From: an uncultured Pseudomonadales bacterium
GTDB lineage: Bacteria > Patescibacteriota > Microgenomatia > UBA1400 > Chazhemtobacteraceae
Assembly (NCBI GenBank): GCA_964618725.1
Contig: CAZUBK010000001.1
Location: 196,908 to 260,907 of the forward strand
Direction of reading: 5' to 3'
DNA: 64,000 nt
Part shown: piece after piece, positions 38,820-50,711 of the stretch
How the letters are laid out: every line of letters begins with the position of its first letter
How positions within the stretch are numbered: the stretch's first letter is position 1
The notes under the pieces: generated by a model
Database searches by the model: none
What the model saw: the letters and a program-made list of their open reading frames with translations, nothing else
What the model was told of the DNA's origin: nothing
Program-made: the position numbers and the translations under genes

Positions 38820-40357
38820 CGGCAGTGAGAAGAAGAAACAGATAATAGATCGGTTCCGGGGATCTCTTCAACTACAAAGGGGTTTTCAGGGTGGGCCTCT
38901 TTAAATATTGGCCAAGAAGTTTTTTGGACATAAAGTCGATCCCAACAAACTTCAAAAAAGGGTTTTGTATCGTAGTAATTTAAACGAAGGTGGGTTGGGG
39001 AGGCGATTTCTAAAAGGTCAGGACGTATGGCTAAAAGTTCTTGATCAAAGCTTCCACCAGACCAAGACCGTCCCCAGAGTAAGGCGAAATCCTTGCTGTA
39101 GGCCCATTCCCAAATAGAAGCGTGAGGGGAGCGATTTTTGTTCGAGTAATCCTCTACGGCAATTGCCTGATTAATGGTTTTGGTAATTACGAAATGGTAT
39201 TTGGAAACAACCAAAAACATTGGACTGATCAAAAATAAAATTAAAATGCTTTTTGCCGTTTTAGGCAAGCGTCTAATTAGGAGACTACCGCTGAAAATAA
39301 GTAGTACGTAGTTGGCAAATTGGTAATGACTCAGGGGATATTTGGCGAAAGTAAGCGTTCCTAATAGTGCCCAGGCGAAGACAGTCAGAATGAACTTATT
39401 TTTTTTTCGGTTGGTGAGCAGTTGCCAGACGAATACCAGCGCAAGAAAAATAATTATCAGGGCGGCCTCGTGGTTGCTACCAACAAGGGCCGAGGCGGAC
39501 TGAAGCCAAGTTTGATAACTAAACAGACCCCGAGGGCCGCCTCCGTGAACTCCTGTAAAAGTCAACAGGCGGACAACCCAGTTAAATAGGGAAGAATAGT
39601 TTCCGCGAATCGGCCAGATGCCGATGACAAAACCAAGGACGACTGAGAATGAGTTAAGGCAAAGATTGAAAAATTTCTGTAATTTGGAAAGTTTCGGGAT
39701 GATAAGAATTAAAGAGAGAGTGATAAAAACCAAAAAAAGGTTACTAAGTTTATTGGCGACGGCAAGGCCAGAAATAAGACTAATAAATATGATTGTCATT
39801 AGGGAGTAAGAGTTTATAAAACGCTGAAATAAAAACAGCCAAGAACTGATGAATAAAAGTGTCAGTGACTCTGGAGCGAGGGCTGTGCCGGCATGAAGAA
39901 AGGATTGATAGCTCATTAAAGAAATCCATCCAAGCAATACGGACAGTGTTGATTTGGTAGATCGATATAAAGCCAGCAAGAAAAGCCCAATTGAAAAACC
40001 TAAAAGAATAGCTTGAATTATGCGAGCGTAATAGTAAATGAAAGTGATATCGGTTACTGCCCAAAGAATGAAGGGTGTATGAAGAACAAACTTGGCCAGT
40101 ACTCGAAGGGGCAGAAAAATAGTTGCCAACCAGAGAATGGTCGGTGTTCCTGGATGGTCTATGTAATGAATCTGGTGACCCTTAATATAGGAGAGGGCGT
40201 TACTTAAATACATTACATCTGGATCGACGGCAAAGAAAACTCCAGAAGCCTGATTACTCACAAGAGGGAGAACCACTAGAATGAAGGTGATTAAAGGAAG
40301 AAGGAAGAGAAAAAGATAACTACTTTTTCTTAACCACAAAATATTCAATGGAAGCAT
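38816..40357 (-). CDS. Polytopic membrane protein, GT-C-like; start uncertain
   Basis: DPDVMY..NA, YIDHPGTP, ANKLS, CWDRLY; tandem paralogue. Confidence 0.68.
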   Translation of the reverse strand: MLPLNILWLRKSSYLFLFLLPLITFILVVLPLVSNQASGVFFAVDPDVMYLSNALSYIKGHQIHYIDHPGTPTILWLATIFLPLRVLAKFVLHTPFILWAVTDITFIYYYARIIQAILLGFSIGLFLLALYRSTKSTLSVLLGWISLMSYQSFLHAGTALAPESLTLLFISSWLFLFQRFINSYSLMTIIFISLISGLAVANKLSNLFLVFITLSLILIIPKLSKLQKFFNLCLNSFSVVLGFVIGIWPIRGNYSSLFNWVVRLLTFTGVHGGGPRGLFSYQTWLQSASALVGSNHEAALIIIFLALVFVWQLLTNRKKNKFILTVFAWALLGTLTFAKYPLSHYQFANYVLLIFSGSLLIRRLPKTAKSILILFLISPMFLVVSKYHFVITKTINQAIAVEDYSNKNRSPHASIWEWAYSKDFALLWGRSWSGGSFDQELLAIRPDLLEIASPTHLRLNYYDTKPFFEVCWDRLYVQKTSWPIFKEAHPENPFVVEEIPGTDLLSVSSSHCR

Positions 40358-40965
40358 AACATTTAAGCAATGGCATTAAATAATGGTTGATAATATCGGA
40401 AAAGGGTGTACTAAGAGGAAGAAGCAAATCATAATCGTGATTGACAATAGTGAGCCCAGTTTTCTTGAAGTGGCCTTGTAGTTGCAAAGTTGACCAGCGG
40501 TGATGCTCCCCTTCAGGCATTTTGAGATTGAGCTTTTCCGCGAGCATGAGAATTGGTTCCCAAAGTGGATTGGCCATAGTGTTAATGAAGATGGTATCTT
40601 TGGTCATGATCTTACTAATTTCTTTAAAGACAGTACCCGGTTTGGGTAAATGTTCAACGACATCACACATAAAGATGTAGTCTATCCTTTTGGCTTTGAA
40701 TTTGTTGATTGAGTCAGTGGAGAAATGGAGATTGCTATTGTTGTTATATTTTCTTTTAGAAATCTTGATCATTTCGTCGCTGATATCGATGCCGTAACCT
40801 ATCTTCGGAGAAAGATAAGCCAAGAGATCGCCCGTGCCGCAGCCGATTTCTAGAATATTTTTGTTTTTGGGAATCAATCTTCTTAGAAGTTTTTTAAGAT
40901 TCTGATAATAGAAGCGATTCTTCTTCTTATAATAATCATAATTAGGAGCGATCCTATTAAAATGA

Positions 40966-40985
<20 letters not shown>
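40320..40985 (-). CDS. Class I SAM-dependent methyltransferase
   Basis: ILEIGCGTG, GIDIS, DVVEHL. Confidence 0.88.
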
Positions 40986-43222
<2,237 letters not shown>

Positions 43223-43304
43223 GTTAGAATTTAAGGATTGAATATATACCCAACATATCAGGTCGAAGATCCTGTTAAGGACTATGAATTCAAATTACTT
43301 GGGT

Positions 43305-44075
43305 CTATTTCAGGAACCTGTATGATGCAAGAGTCAAATATTTTGACACCAGATGAATGGCATAAATGAAGGGATTCTTGGAGTATTTTTTGATTATTTG
43401 GTAGTCTTCTTCGAATTGTTTTTCATAACTGGTGCTACCTTTTGAGTTTTGATGAACTCTGAAAACTGCCAGATTGCTGTTTATTCGTCCGGGTAAAGAT
43501 ATTCCGGCACATCGCAACCAGTAATCATAATCAAAAGCATATTTGTATTTGTCGTTAAAATGACCTACCCTCTTGGCCATATCTTTTGTAAGAAAAACTG
43601 CAGGTTGGTTGATCGGGTTGTATATCTGCAGACCAATAATACTTCGATCGAAAGGAGAAAGTCTTTTAAGAGTGAAGGTCCAGTTGAGATCACTTCTACT
43701 TATTCTGCAGTCGCCTACTACCCATTTTTTATGGGGATTTTTGCTAAAATAACTCGCAACTTTCCTGAAGGAACTGGGGAGATAATAGTCATCAGAATTG
43801 ATATATGCCACGATATCGCCAGTAGCACGTTCCAGCCCGTTGTTGATAGCGTCGACTTGGCCTCTATCTTTCTTTGATCGCCACTTTATCTCTGGGTACT
43901 TCTTAGAGAACTCCTTTATTATCTCAACTGAATTATCACTAGAACCGCCATCGAAAATTAAATATTCTAAGTTCGGGTAGTTTTGTGAAACGACGGATTG
44001 TATGGTTTGTCTTAAAAACCGACCTTGATTAAAGGATGGTGTGATGATAGAAATCCTTGGATAGTCATTAGACAT
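43305..44075 (-). CDS. Glycosyltransferase family 2 (WcaE-like)
   Basis: ISIITPSFNQ, DGGSSD, DRGQVDAIN, YINSDD, NQPA, FDYDYWLR. Confidence 0.88.
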   Translation of the reverse strand: MSNDYPRISIITPSFNQGRFLRQTIQSVVSQNYPNLEYLIFDGGSSDNSVEIIKEFSKKYPEIKWRSKKDRGQVDAINNGLERATGDIVAYINSDDYYLPSSFRKVASYFSKNPHKKWVVGDCRISRSDLNWTFTLKRLSPFDRSIIGLQIYNPINQPAVFLTKDMAKRVGHFNDKYKYAFDYDYWLRCAGISLPGRINSNLAVFRVHQNSKGSTSYEKQFEEDYQIIKKYSKNPFIYAIHLVSKYLTLASYRFLK

Positions 44076-45048
44076 GCTGTCGCCAATACTCAAGGGTATC
44101 TTTGAGGGTGGTCTTGAAATCTATCTTGGGCTTCCAACCAGTGGCTTTGACAAACTTACTATTGTCCCCCAACAGAATTGGTACGTCAGAAGGACGCATG
44201 CGTTTGGGATCCTGCTCTATCTTTATCTTTTTGACAGTACTCAGAGAAATAAGATAATCTAGCATGTCTTGAATGACCCAGGCCTTGCCGGTAGCGATAT
44301 TATAGACCTCCCCGGGTTCACCTTTTTGAACAGCAAGGTAATAACCACGGACCATGTCTCGAACGTCGGTAAAGTCTCGTTTGGTATTAAGATCACCCAC
44401 GAAAATAACTGGATCTTGAAGCCCCTTTTCGATCAGGGCAATCTGTTTAGCAAAGGTAGAAGTGACAAAGACCTCGCCGCGACGAGGTCCTTCGTGATTG
44501 AAACCGCGGGTACGAACAATCTTAAGACCGTAACTTTTGAAGTATTGATAGCCCATGAAGTCCATTGCAATTTTACTGACAGCATAAGGTGAAAGAGGGC
44601 GAAGAGGATTGGTTTCTTTAATTGGAACTTCGTTTTCGTAAACTAGACCATATTCTTCACTACTACAAGCAATTTGAATACGTGGGTCAATTTGGGCAGT
44701 TCTGACGGCTTCAAACAGGTTGTTGGAACCAACTGTGTTGACCTCAAAAGTGACCGCCGGAGAAGTCCAGGAAGCAGGAACGAAACTTTGGGCGGCTAAG
44801 TGGAAGATGTAGTCAGGCCTAACACTAAGCATAACGTCTTGGAGAGACTTAAGATCTAAAAGGTCGGCTTCAATTAGGTGTAAGCGACCATTCAAATGAG
44901 TCACGTGTTCGGAACGGGAACGCCAGCGGATGATTCCAAAGACTTCATGGCCTTCTTTAAGGAGTAGCTCGGCCATGTGAGAACCAGCAAAACCGGTAAT
45001 GCCAGTAATGAGTGACTTTAGTTTTGGTTTAGAATTTTCTTTTGGCAT
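44068..45048 (-). CDS. gmd: GDP-mannose 4,6-dehydratase family (Gmd/Rmd-like)
   Basis: TGITGFAG, HLAAQSFV, SSEEYG, SPYAVSK, FNHEGPRRG..FVTS, RDFTDVRD; Rmd-type reductase not excluded. Confidence 0.75.
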   Translation of the reverse strand: MPKENSKPKLKSLITGITGFAGSHMAELLLKEGHEVFGIIRWRSRSEHVTHLNGRLHLIEADLLDLKSLQDVMLSVRPDYIFHLAAQSFVPASWTSPAVTFEVNTVGSNNLFEAVRTAQIDPRIQIACSSEEYGLVYENEVPIKETNPLRPLSPYAVSKIAMDFMGYQYFKSYGLKIVRTRGFNHEGPRRGEVFVTSTFAKQIALIEKGLQDPVIFVGDLNTKRDFTDVRDMVRGYYLAVQKGEPGEVYNIATGKAWVIQDMLDYLISLSTVKKIKIEQDPKRMRPSDVPILLGDNSKFVKATGWKPKIDFKTTLKDTLEYWRQHV

Positions 45049-45376
45049 TTTTTAAAGTTTGTTTTCTTACTAATCGTTCTATTTCCTTTTGTAGATTCTT
45101 GACTCCCATATGATTTTGGAATCCCAAAAATGTCAAAAGCATGAAAGCTATTAACATGAGGAAATCCATGGTTCGACTAATAAACAGCTTAGCCAAAAGT
45201 GGATCAAGGACTTTTGGGTCAAGGGTGAAGTAGATGAAGATCCCCCAGACGGTAATCCAAAAAAGGAACTCTATCAGAATAATATTTTTTTGCTTGTAAT
45301 GCAAAAAAGCAACATAAAGCATGAAAAGGGAGAAGAGAACGGTGACGATTTGAATGCCTAAAAGAGTTTCCACCAT
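45029..45376 (-). CDS. DUF2304 family small membrane protein
   Basis: Three TMs plus C-terminal EIERLVR coil, directly downstream of a DPM1-like GT2 (typical pairing). Confidence 0.7.
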   Translation of the reverse strand: MVETLLGIQIVTVLFSLFMLYVAFLHYKQKNIILIEFLFWITVWGIFIYFTLDPKVLDPLLAKLFISRTMDFLMLIAFMLLTFLGFQNHMGVKNLQKEIERLVRKQTLKNAKRKF

Positions 45377-46017
45377 AAGGAGTAAAAAAAGATTTTAAAT
45401 GCATCTAGGATTGTAACACCTTTGTATTTGTCGATATAGATAGTTTCTATGGGGAACTCAATGAAGCGAAGCTTGTCCTTGTGTTTTCCGAGTCGGGCGA
45501 CCATTTCTGTTTCAACACCATATCGCGGTGATGACCATCTGATTAGATTGTACGCCCGCTTGTTAAAGGCTCTGAAGCCAGAGAGGATATCAGACACGTA
45601 GGCACCAAACATCAAGTTGATGTAGACAGAGGCAAATTTATTGCCAAGTAAACGAACAAGCGGGGCATCTATGGTGGGGCGCCGAGATCCAAAAACGAGA
45701 TCAAAATCTTGTTTTAAAAAAGAAAGGAAGTGCTTGAGCTCTTTTGGATCATGCTGACCATCGGAGTCCATCATTACGATATTATCCGCACCACTGCGAA
45801 AGGCAAAACTACAACCTGTTTTAAGTGCAGCCCCTTTCCCAAGATTGAGGTCGTGGCGAAGTAGGGCGACTTTTGTATCTAGCTTGAGGGGCTTTTTAGA
45901 GCCGTCATCAACCACGATAGTTTGAGCAAGAGGGACAAACTTGACGGTCCTTTGAAGCAATGAAGTAATCACTGACGGCTTCTCGTTGTAGGCCGGAATA
46001 ACTAGAAATGTTTTCAT
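45358..46017 (-). CDS. GT2, polyprenol-phosphate sugar synthase (DPM1-like)
   Basis: IPAYNE, VDDGS, NLGKGAAL, MDSDGQH, GSR, DILSGFRA. Confidence 0.88.
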   Translation of the reverse strand: MKTFLVIPAYNEKPSVITSLLQRTVKFVPLAQTIVVDDGSKKPLKLDTKVALLRHDLNLGKGAALKTGCSFAFRSGADNIVMMDSDGQHDPKELKHFLSFLKQDFDLVFGSRRPTIDAPLVRLLGNKFASVYINLMFGAYVSDILSGFRAFNKRAYNLIRWSSPRYGVETEMVARLGKHKDKLRFIEFPIETIYIDKYKGVTILDAFKIFFYSLWWKLF

Positions 46018-46727
46018 ATATTTTTGAAAACGATTCTAGCGTAGTCGAGAAGAAAATCCAGTAGCGACTTAAGCTTTATTGTGCTTTGCCGGTTATACAT
46101 CACCTCAACAGGAGATTCGTAGATTTTGTTAAAGCCAGACTTGGTAGCTACAGTCAATAGTTCTAGATCAAAGGCAAACCCGTTAATACTAAGTTTGGGT
46201 AGAATTTGCTTTACGAGCTTATGAGTAAATAGCTTGAGACCAACTTGAGTATCGGTTACTCGGAGCCCGAGTAGCAGTCTAGGTGAAGCTTGAGCAATCG
46301 AACTGAGAATACGACGCTGTTTGGGATAGTTCATGATTTTACTCTTAAGATGCCGTTTACTACCAACAACAATATCGGCTTTGTTTGATAGGAAGACTTC
46401 AAATGCCGTTTTAATATTGTCCACTTTTATATCTGAACCGGCGTCGAAGAAGCCGATTATGTCACCTTTAGCTTGATGAAAGCCAAAACGAATGGCAAAT
46501 CCTTTCCCTTGATTAAAGGGATAGTAAAAAACCTTAAGTGATTTGAGTCTTACGGCATTTGCCTGAAGAAAAGTCTGATCATGAGAACTGGCTAGTCCAT
46601 CAACAACGCAGATGATCTCGTAGTTTAGATTCAAAGTACTAAGGAAATTGTCTAATTTGGTTAGATCAGTTCTAATAGTTGGGCAATTAAAGACGGGGAT
46701 AATAATGGATAAACTCTTTTGGTTCAT
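46014..46727 (-). CDS. GT2, dolichyl-phosphate glucose synthase-like
   Basis: IPVFN, NQGKGFAI, FFDAG, VGSKRH, DTQVGLKLF, FAFDLELL. Confidence 0.85.
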   Translation of the reverse strand: MNQKSLSIIIPVFNCPTIRTDLTKLDNFLSTLNLNYEIICVVDGLASSHDQTFLQANAVRLKSLKVFYYPFNQGKGFAIRFGFHQAKGDIIGFFDAGSDIKVDNIKTAFEVFLSNKADIVVGSKRHLKSKIMNYPKQRRILSSIAQASPRLLLGLRVTDTQVGLKLFTHKLVKQILPKLSINGFAFDLELLTVATKSGFNKIYESPVEVMYNRQSTIKLKSLLDFLLDYARIVFKNI

Positions 46728-46766
46728 GGTTGTGATTTCAACTTACTTGAGCTAGTGTAGGTAGTA

Positions 46767-48548
46767 ATGTTATGGCTTAAAAGGTGGTGGTTACTCGTAA
46801 TCATTATAGCTTTAGCTTTCTGGATAAGGGCATTTAAGATTAGTGATTCCCCAGCTAGTCTCTTCTATGATGAGATTGATCTAGGATATCAGGTTAGGAG
46901 CTTGATAGAGACCGGACGTGATTATCGCGGGAGCTTTAGCCCTTTTTTTACCAGGTCGTTTAATACTGATAAGACATCAATACCGATTTTTCTTTCTGTA
47001 CCGATATACATGATCTTTCAATCGCCGGCCCTACAGGTGAGGATGCCGAGTGTAATGGCGGGGACAATGGTGGTGATACTTGGAGTGGCAATTGTGTGGC
47101 AGCTGACGAAGAAAAAACTACCGACCATCGTGATGGCACTTGTAATGACACTTAATCCGTGGATGATTCAATTCAGTCGAATTGCTTTTGAAGCAATTTG
47201 GGTCTTGTTGTTTTACTTAGGCTTCGTATTCTTTTGGTTTCGTTTCTGGGAGAAAAAAAGATACTTTGATTTCTATATCAGTCTCGCCTTACTGGGTCTT
47301 TCGGTCTATTGCTACCGAACGATGAGTCTTTATGTACCTCTAACAGTAATTGTGCTGATATTAATATATCGAGGGGAGTTGTTTCGTCTGCCTTGGAAAC
47401 ACTTACTGCTTGGACTACTCCTATTGGCTGGTGTAACAGGACCGTTTGTTTATCTAACGACAATAGCCTCAGCGGATCAACCGAGAATCAATCAGATCTC
47501 GATCTTTTCAAATAAGAATGTCCCGATTTTTGTACTTCGTGATAGGGAGGTTGATTCGGGGGATTTAACATCTAAAGAGTTGGGAAGAAAACCAAGCAAG
47601 TTATCTTTTTTGTTTCATAGTAAACCGCTTGGGTGGTGGTATGCTTTTAAAAACAATTATTTAGCAGCCTTTTCGACCGAGTTTTTGTTTCTTAATGGAG
47701 ATACTAATTTAAGGCATTCAGTGGGAAAGTACGGGGAACTTATGCTAGTAGACTTAATAGGGTTGATAGCCGGAGGATACTGGTTGATTAAGAAATGGAA
47801 AGACAGGCATTTCCAGTTCTTAGCACTTTGGTTGCTGACGGCCCCGATTGCGTCGGCGCTTACCTTGGACGGTGCCGGTCACGCCTCAAGACTAGTTATC
47901 CTGGCTCCCCCACTTTTGATTCTAGTGGCGCTAGGTTGGTGGCAAGTAGTAATGGTGGTAAAAAAACTATTCGGAAGGTTGACGATGTCATTACTTTATT
48001 TTGGGATGTTTGGCTTGGTACTTCTTAATTTTACATTCTTCTATCATCGACTCCTTGTGCACTATCCACTTGAGTCGGCACGTTGGTTTGGTTATGGATA
48101 CCAACAGGTGGCGGAAAAGGCTCTGATGAGTGGCTATACAAATATTGCCTTAACTGATTCACTTGATCCACCAATGCTTTACTATCTCTTCTGGGCAAAA
48201 GTACCAGCCAAGCAAGTGCAAGCATATGGAAGTGAGTTTGGGAGAGAAGTTATCAAAGGCCAACCACTTGACCGGGTAAAGCCGTTTAACTGGAGCAAGT
48301 TGACTGAGACGTTGAAAATAAAGACGGAGATTGGATCGGTCCTAGAACCGGATACAATTTATGCAGTTACCAGAGCGGAGCTGCCGCTAGATCTAAGAGA
48401 GGGGAGAGAACTGCCTCCTAAGGGAGTCAAGTTGATAGACATAATTTTGTATCCTGATAATGAGGTGGCATTCTATTTGCTGGCGAGAGGAGAGGAGAAA
48501 TCCCTCGACTTCGCTCGGGATGACCTGAACGGTCAGCTGACAAAATAA
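46767..48548 (+). CDS. GT-C ArnT/PMT-like membrane glycosyltransferase
   Basis: YDEIDLGYQVRSLIETGRDYRG, QFSRIAFE, NYL..FS..FLFLNGD..LRH, WFGYGY. Confidence 0.8.
   Translation: MLWLKRWWLLVIIIALAFWIRAFKISDSPASLFYDEIDLGYQVRSLIETGRDYRGSFSPFFTRSFNTDKTSIPIFLSVPIYMIFQSPALQVRMPSVMAGTMVVILGVAIVWQLTKKKLPTIVMALVMTLNPWMIQFSRIAFEAIWVLLFYLGFVFFWFRFWEKKRYFDFYISLALLGLSVYCYRTMSLYVPLTVIVLILIYRGELFRLPWKHLLLGLLLLAGVTGPFVYLTTIASADQPRINQISIFSNKNVPIFVLRDREVDSGDLTSKELGRKPSKLSFLFHSKPLGWWYAFKNNYLAAFSTEFLFLNGDTNLRHSVGKYGELMLVDLIGLIAGGYWLIKKWKDRHFQFLALWLLTAPIASALTLDGAGHASRLVILAPPLLILVALGWWQVVMVVKKLFGRLTMSLLYFGMFGLVLLNFTFFYHRLLVHYPLESARWFGYGYQQVAEKALMSGYTNIALTDSLDPPMLYYLFWAKVPAKQVQAYGSEFGREVIKGQPLDRVKPFNWSKLTETLKIKTEIGSVLEPDTIYAVTRAELPLDLREGRELPPKGVKLIDIILYPDNEVAFYLLARGEEKSLDFARDDLNGQLTK
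48500..48524. repeat. REP-like palindromic unit inside the 3' end of the GT-C gene
   Basis: ATCCCTCGACTTCGCTCGGGATGAC forms a small imperfect hairpin; from memory it resembles ...TTCGCTCAGGATGAC REP-like elements; single copy in the window. Confidence 0.4.
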
Positions 48549-49669
48549 CCGGCGGTATAGTAAGCGGCGGAATAGATAAGAGCGAGAATGCAGAAGGTGA
48601 AATAGATAAACTTCAGTTTGGGGTGATCTTGAAGAAACTGGTTGAGAACGATGAAAGCGGGGAAGAGAACGAGGATGTAACGAGGAACGGAGGAAAGGGT
48701 GCCGGTAAGAGTAGGTAACAGAAAGGCAGCTAGAGAATAGAGGCCATAGGAGGGTCTGATCCTCAAGGAGAGGAGAGAGACAACAAAAAAGAGTATTCCG
48801 GTGATGAACTCAAGCATGGCGACGAAGTAAATATGACTAAACGGATTGACGGTAAGGGCGATTTTTATGTAACGAAAAAACACCTGATGAAGAAGAACTA
48901 CAGTGTTAACCTGGCGAGCGGCGTTGAAGATCGGTTGAACGTGGACAAAATAAATCGGATCGTGAACGAGGAAATAGAGATAGATCATGTAAATGATGAG
49001 ACCCAGAGGGGCAAGAAGTAGAACGAGAGCCTGGGGTCGGAGAAAGGAAGATAGGCTTTTAGTGTGGAAATAGTACTCAAGCAAGAGGGCGGGGAAAAGA
49101 AAGATGCCAACAAGTCGGGTCGCACTAGCCAAACTGGCGAGGAGCGCGGCAAGTAACCAATGCTTCTTTCTGGCGTGATAGAAAGTCAGAATTGAAAGAA
49201 GAAAGAAAAGAGATTCAGAATAGACACTACCTAGGTAGAAGGAAGTGGGGAAAGCCAGGACGAGAATAATAGTTTGTAAACCAAACTTTTTGGGAAAGTC
49301 AAATTGAAGGAGCTTGATGAGATAAACAAAGGCGAGATAAAGACTTAAGTGAGAGACTATCAGACCAGAGAGAATGTAACTGCGAAAAATGAGCGAGAAG
49401 AGGCGAATAGTAAAAGGATAAATTGGAAAAAAGGCCTCGGTATAGTGAGTAGCTCCGGCCTCGTAGCCGTACTTAGCAATGTTAAGGTAGTGGACACCAT
49501 CAAAGTTAGTCCAGATAGTTAGCAAGTCACTTAGACGAAACTGCTCTTTGATGAGATTAAAGTTGGTATTTCGAGCAATAAAGAAGATAGAGACCTCGGC
49601 AATCAGTAAGACTCCTAAACGCCAAAAGCGGAAGAGGCGAAAGAGAGAATTACCCATGCTTAAGGACAT
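48533..49669 (-). CDS. PIG-V-like (GT76) membrane mannosyltransferase
   Basis: WTNFDGVHYLNIAKYGY, AFFPIYP, FPTSFYL..VYSESLF, ATRLVG, SVPRY. Confidence 0.82.
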   Translation of the reverse strand: MSLSMGNSLFRLFRFWRLGVLLIAEVSIFFIARNTNFNLIKEQFRLSDLLTIWTNFDGVHYLNIAKYGYEAGATHYTEAFFPIYPFTIRLFSLIFRSYILSGLIVSHLSLYLAFVYLIKLLQFDFPKKFGLQTIILVLAFPTSFYLGSVYSESLFFLLSILTFYHARKKHWLLAALLASLASATRLVGIFLFPALLLEYYFHTKSLSSFLRPQALVLLLAPLGLIIYMIYLYFLVHDPIYFVHVQPIFNAARQVNTVVLLHQVFFRYIKIALTVNPFSHIYFVAMLEFITGILFFVVSLLSLRIRPSYGLYSLAAFLLPTLTGTLSSVPRYILVLFPAFIVLNQFLQDHPKLKFIYFTFCILALIYSAAYYTAGYFVS

Positions 49670-50711
49670 GTTCGTAAACGGCTAAGGTGGCATGAGCGGT
49701 CTTGTCCCAAGTGAAAGTCAAAGCTTTTTTGTAGGCCTTACAAATAAGTGACTCTTTTTCCTTAGAAGATAGAGAGAGGGCGGTTTTGAGAGTTTTGATG
49801 AGTGATGAAGACTCGTTGGGATTAAAGGTTAACGTGTCTTCAGGATAGACTTCAGGGAGACTAGAAGTGTTGGAACTAACAATCAGACACTTACTAAGTG
49901 AGGCTTCTAGAAGTGGCAAACCAAAACCTTCATAGAGAGAGGGTTGGCAGTATAGAGTAGCGAGACGATAGATGCTGACAAGCTCTTCTGAGGGGACAAA
50001 ACCAAGTGGATACAGAGAGGGGCTGTTGACGATAAGATTTTGGATCATTGAGGCAATCTTGAGTTCAGGATGGATGGACTGGAGACCTATTTTTGCCTTA
50101 AGGGAACGGGCATTAGTAATCGCTTTAAGAAACTCAGATCCGACTAAAACTAGTGGAATACTAAGACTTAAGGAGGCTTCGATAAGCGATAGAAGATTCT
50201 TGTTTGGATTCACGCCGCCGACGTAAAGAATAAACTCTTGGGGGAGGTGATATTTCTTTTTCACTCTAGCTAACTCGACGTCAGAAGGAGTGTCTTGGTA
50301 GATGGGATCGGCAGCAAGTGGAGTAACGGTAATTTTGTGTGGCGGAACATTAAGATGTTTCTCGATGTCTTTTTTTGAATTCTGCGAGTCTGTAATAACA
50401 GCCGCGACTTTCTTGAGAGCCAATTTCTGACGGAAGAGATTGAGGCGGCCCTTGAGTCCTTTGGGGTAAAGCTCCCTCAAGACAAGTGGGGTGACATCGT
50501 GGATGGTAACGATAACTTTTTCACTCTCATTAACTTTAAGGGTAGGATAGAAAAGATCGAAGTAGGTGTAGTGGATGATATCCTCGTTCTGATCAACAAA
50601 AATGACTTCTTTTGATTTGCGTAGCGAGGCAAGGAGAAACTCAGAATAGAAACCGATGCCTCGACCGACCGAGGATGGATGATGAATTAACTTAACTTTA
50701 ATTGGTGTCAT
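49650..50711 (-). CDS. Glycosyltransferase family 4 (MtfB-like)
   Basis: VTIHD, LYVGG..PNKN, PSLYEGFGLPLLEA, FTWDKTA. Confidence 0.9.
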   Translation of the reverse strand: MTPIKVKLIHHPSSVGRGIGFYSEFLLASLRKSKEVIFVDQNEDIIHYTYFDLFYPTLKVNESEKVIVTIHDVTPLVLRELYPKGLKGRLNLFRQKLALKKVAAVITDSQNSKKDIEKHLNVPPHKITVTPLAADPIYQDTPSDVELARVKKKYHLPQEFILYVGGVNPNKNLLSLIEASLSLSIPLVLVGSEFLKAITNARSLKAKIGLQSIHPELKIASMIQNLIVNSPSLYPLGFVPSEELVSIYRLATLYCQPSLYEGFGLPLLEASLSKCLIVSSNTSSLPEVYPEDTLTFNPNESSSLIKTLKTALSLSSKEKESLICKAYKKALTFTWDKTAHATLAVYEHVLKHG

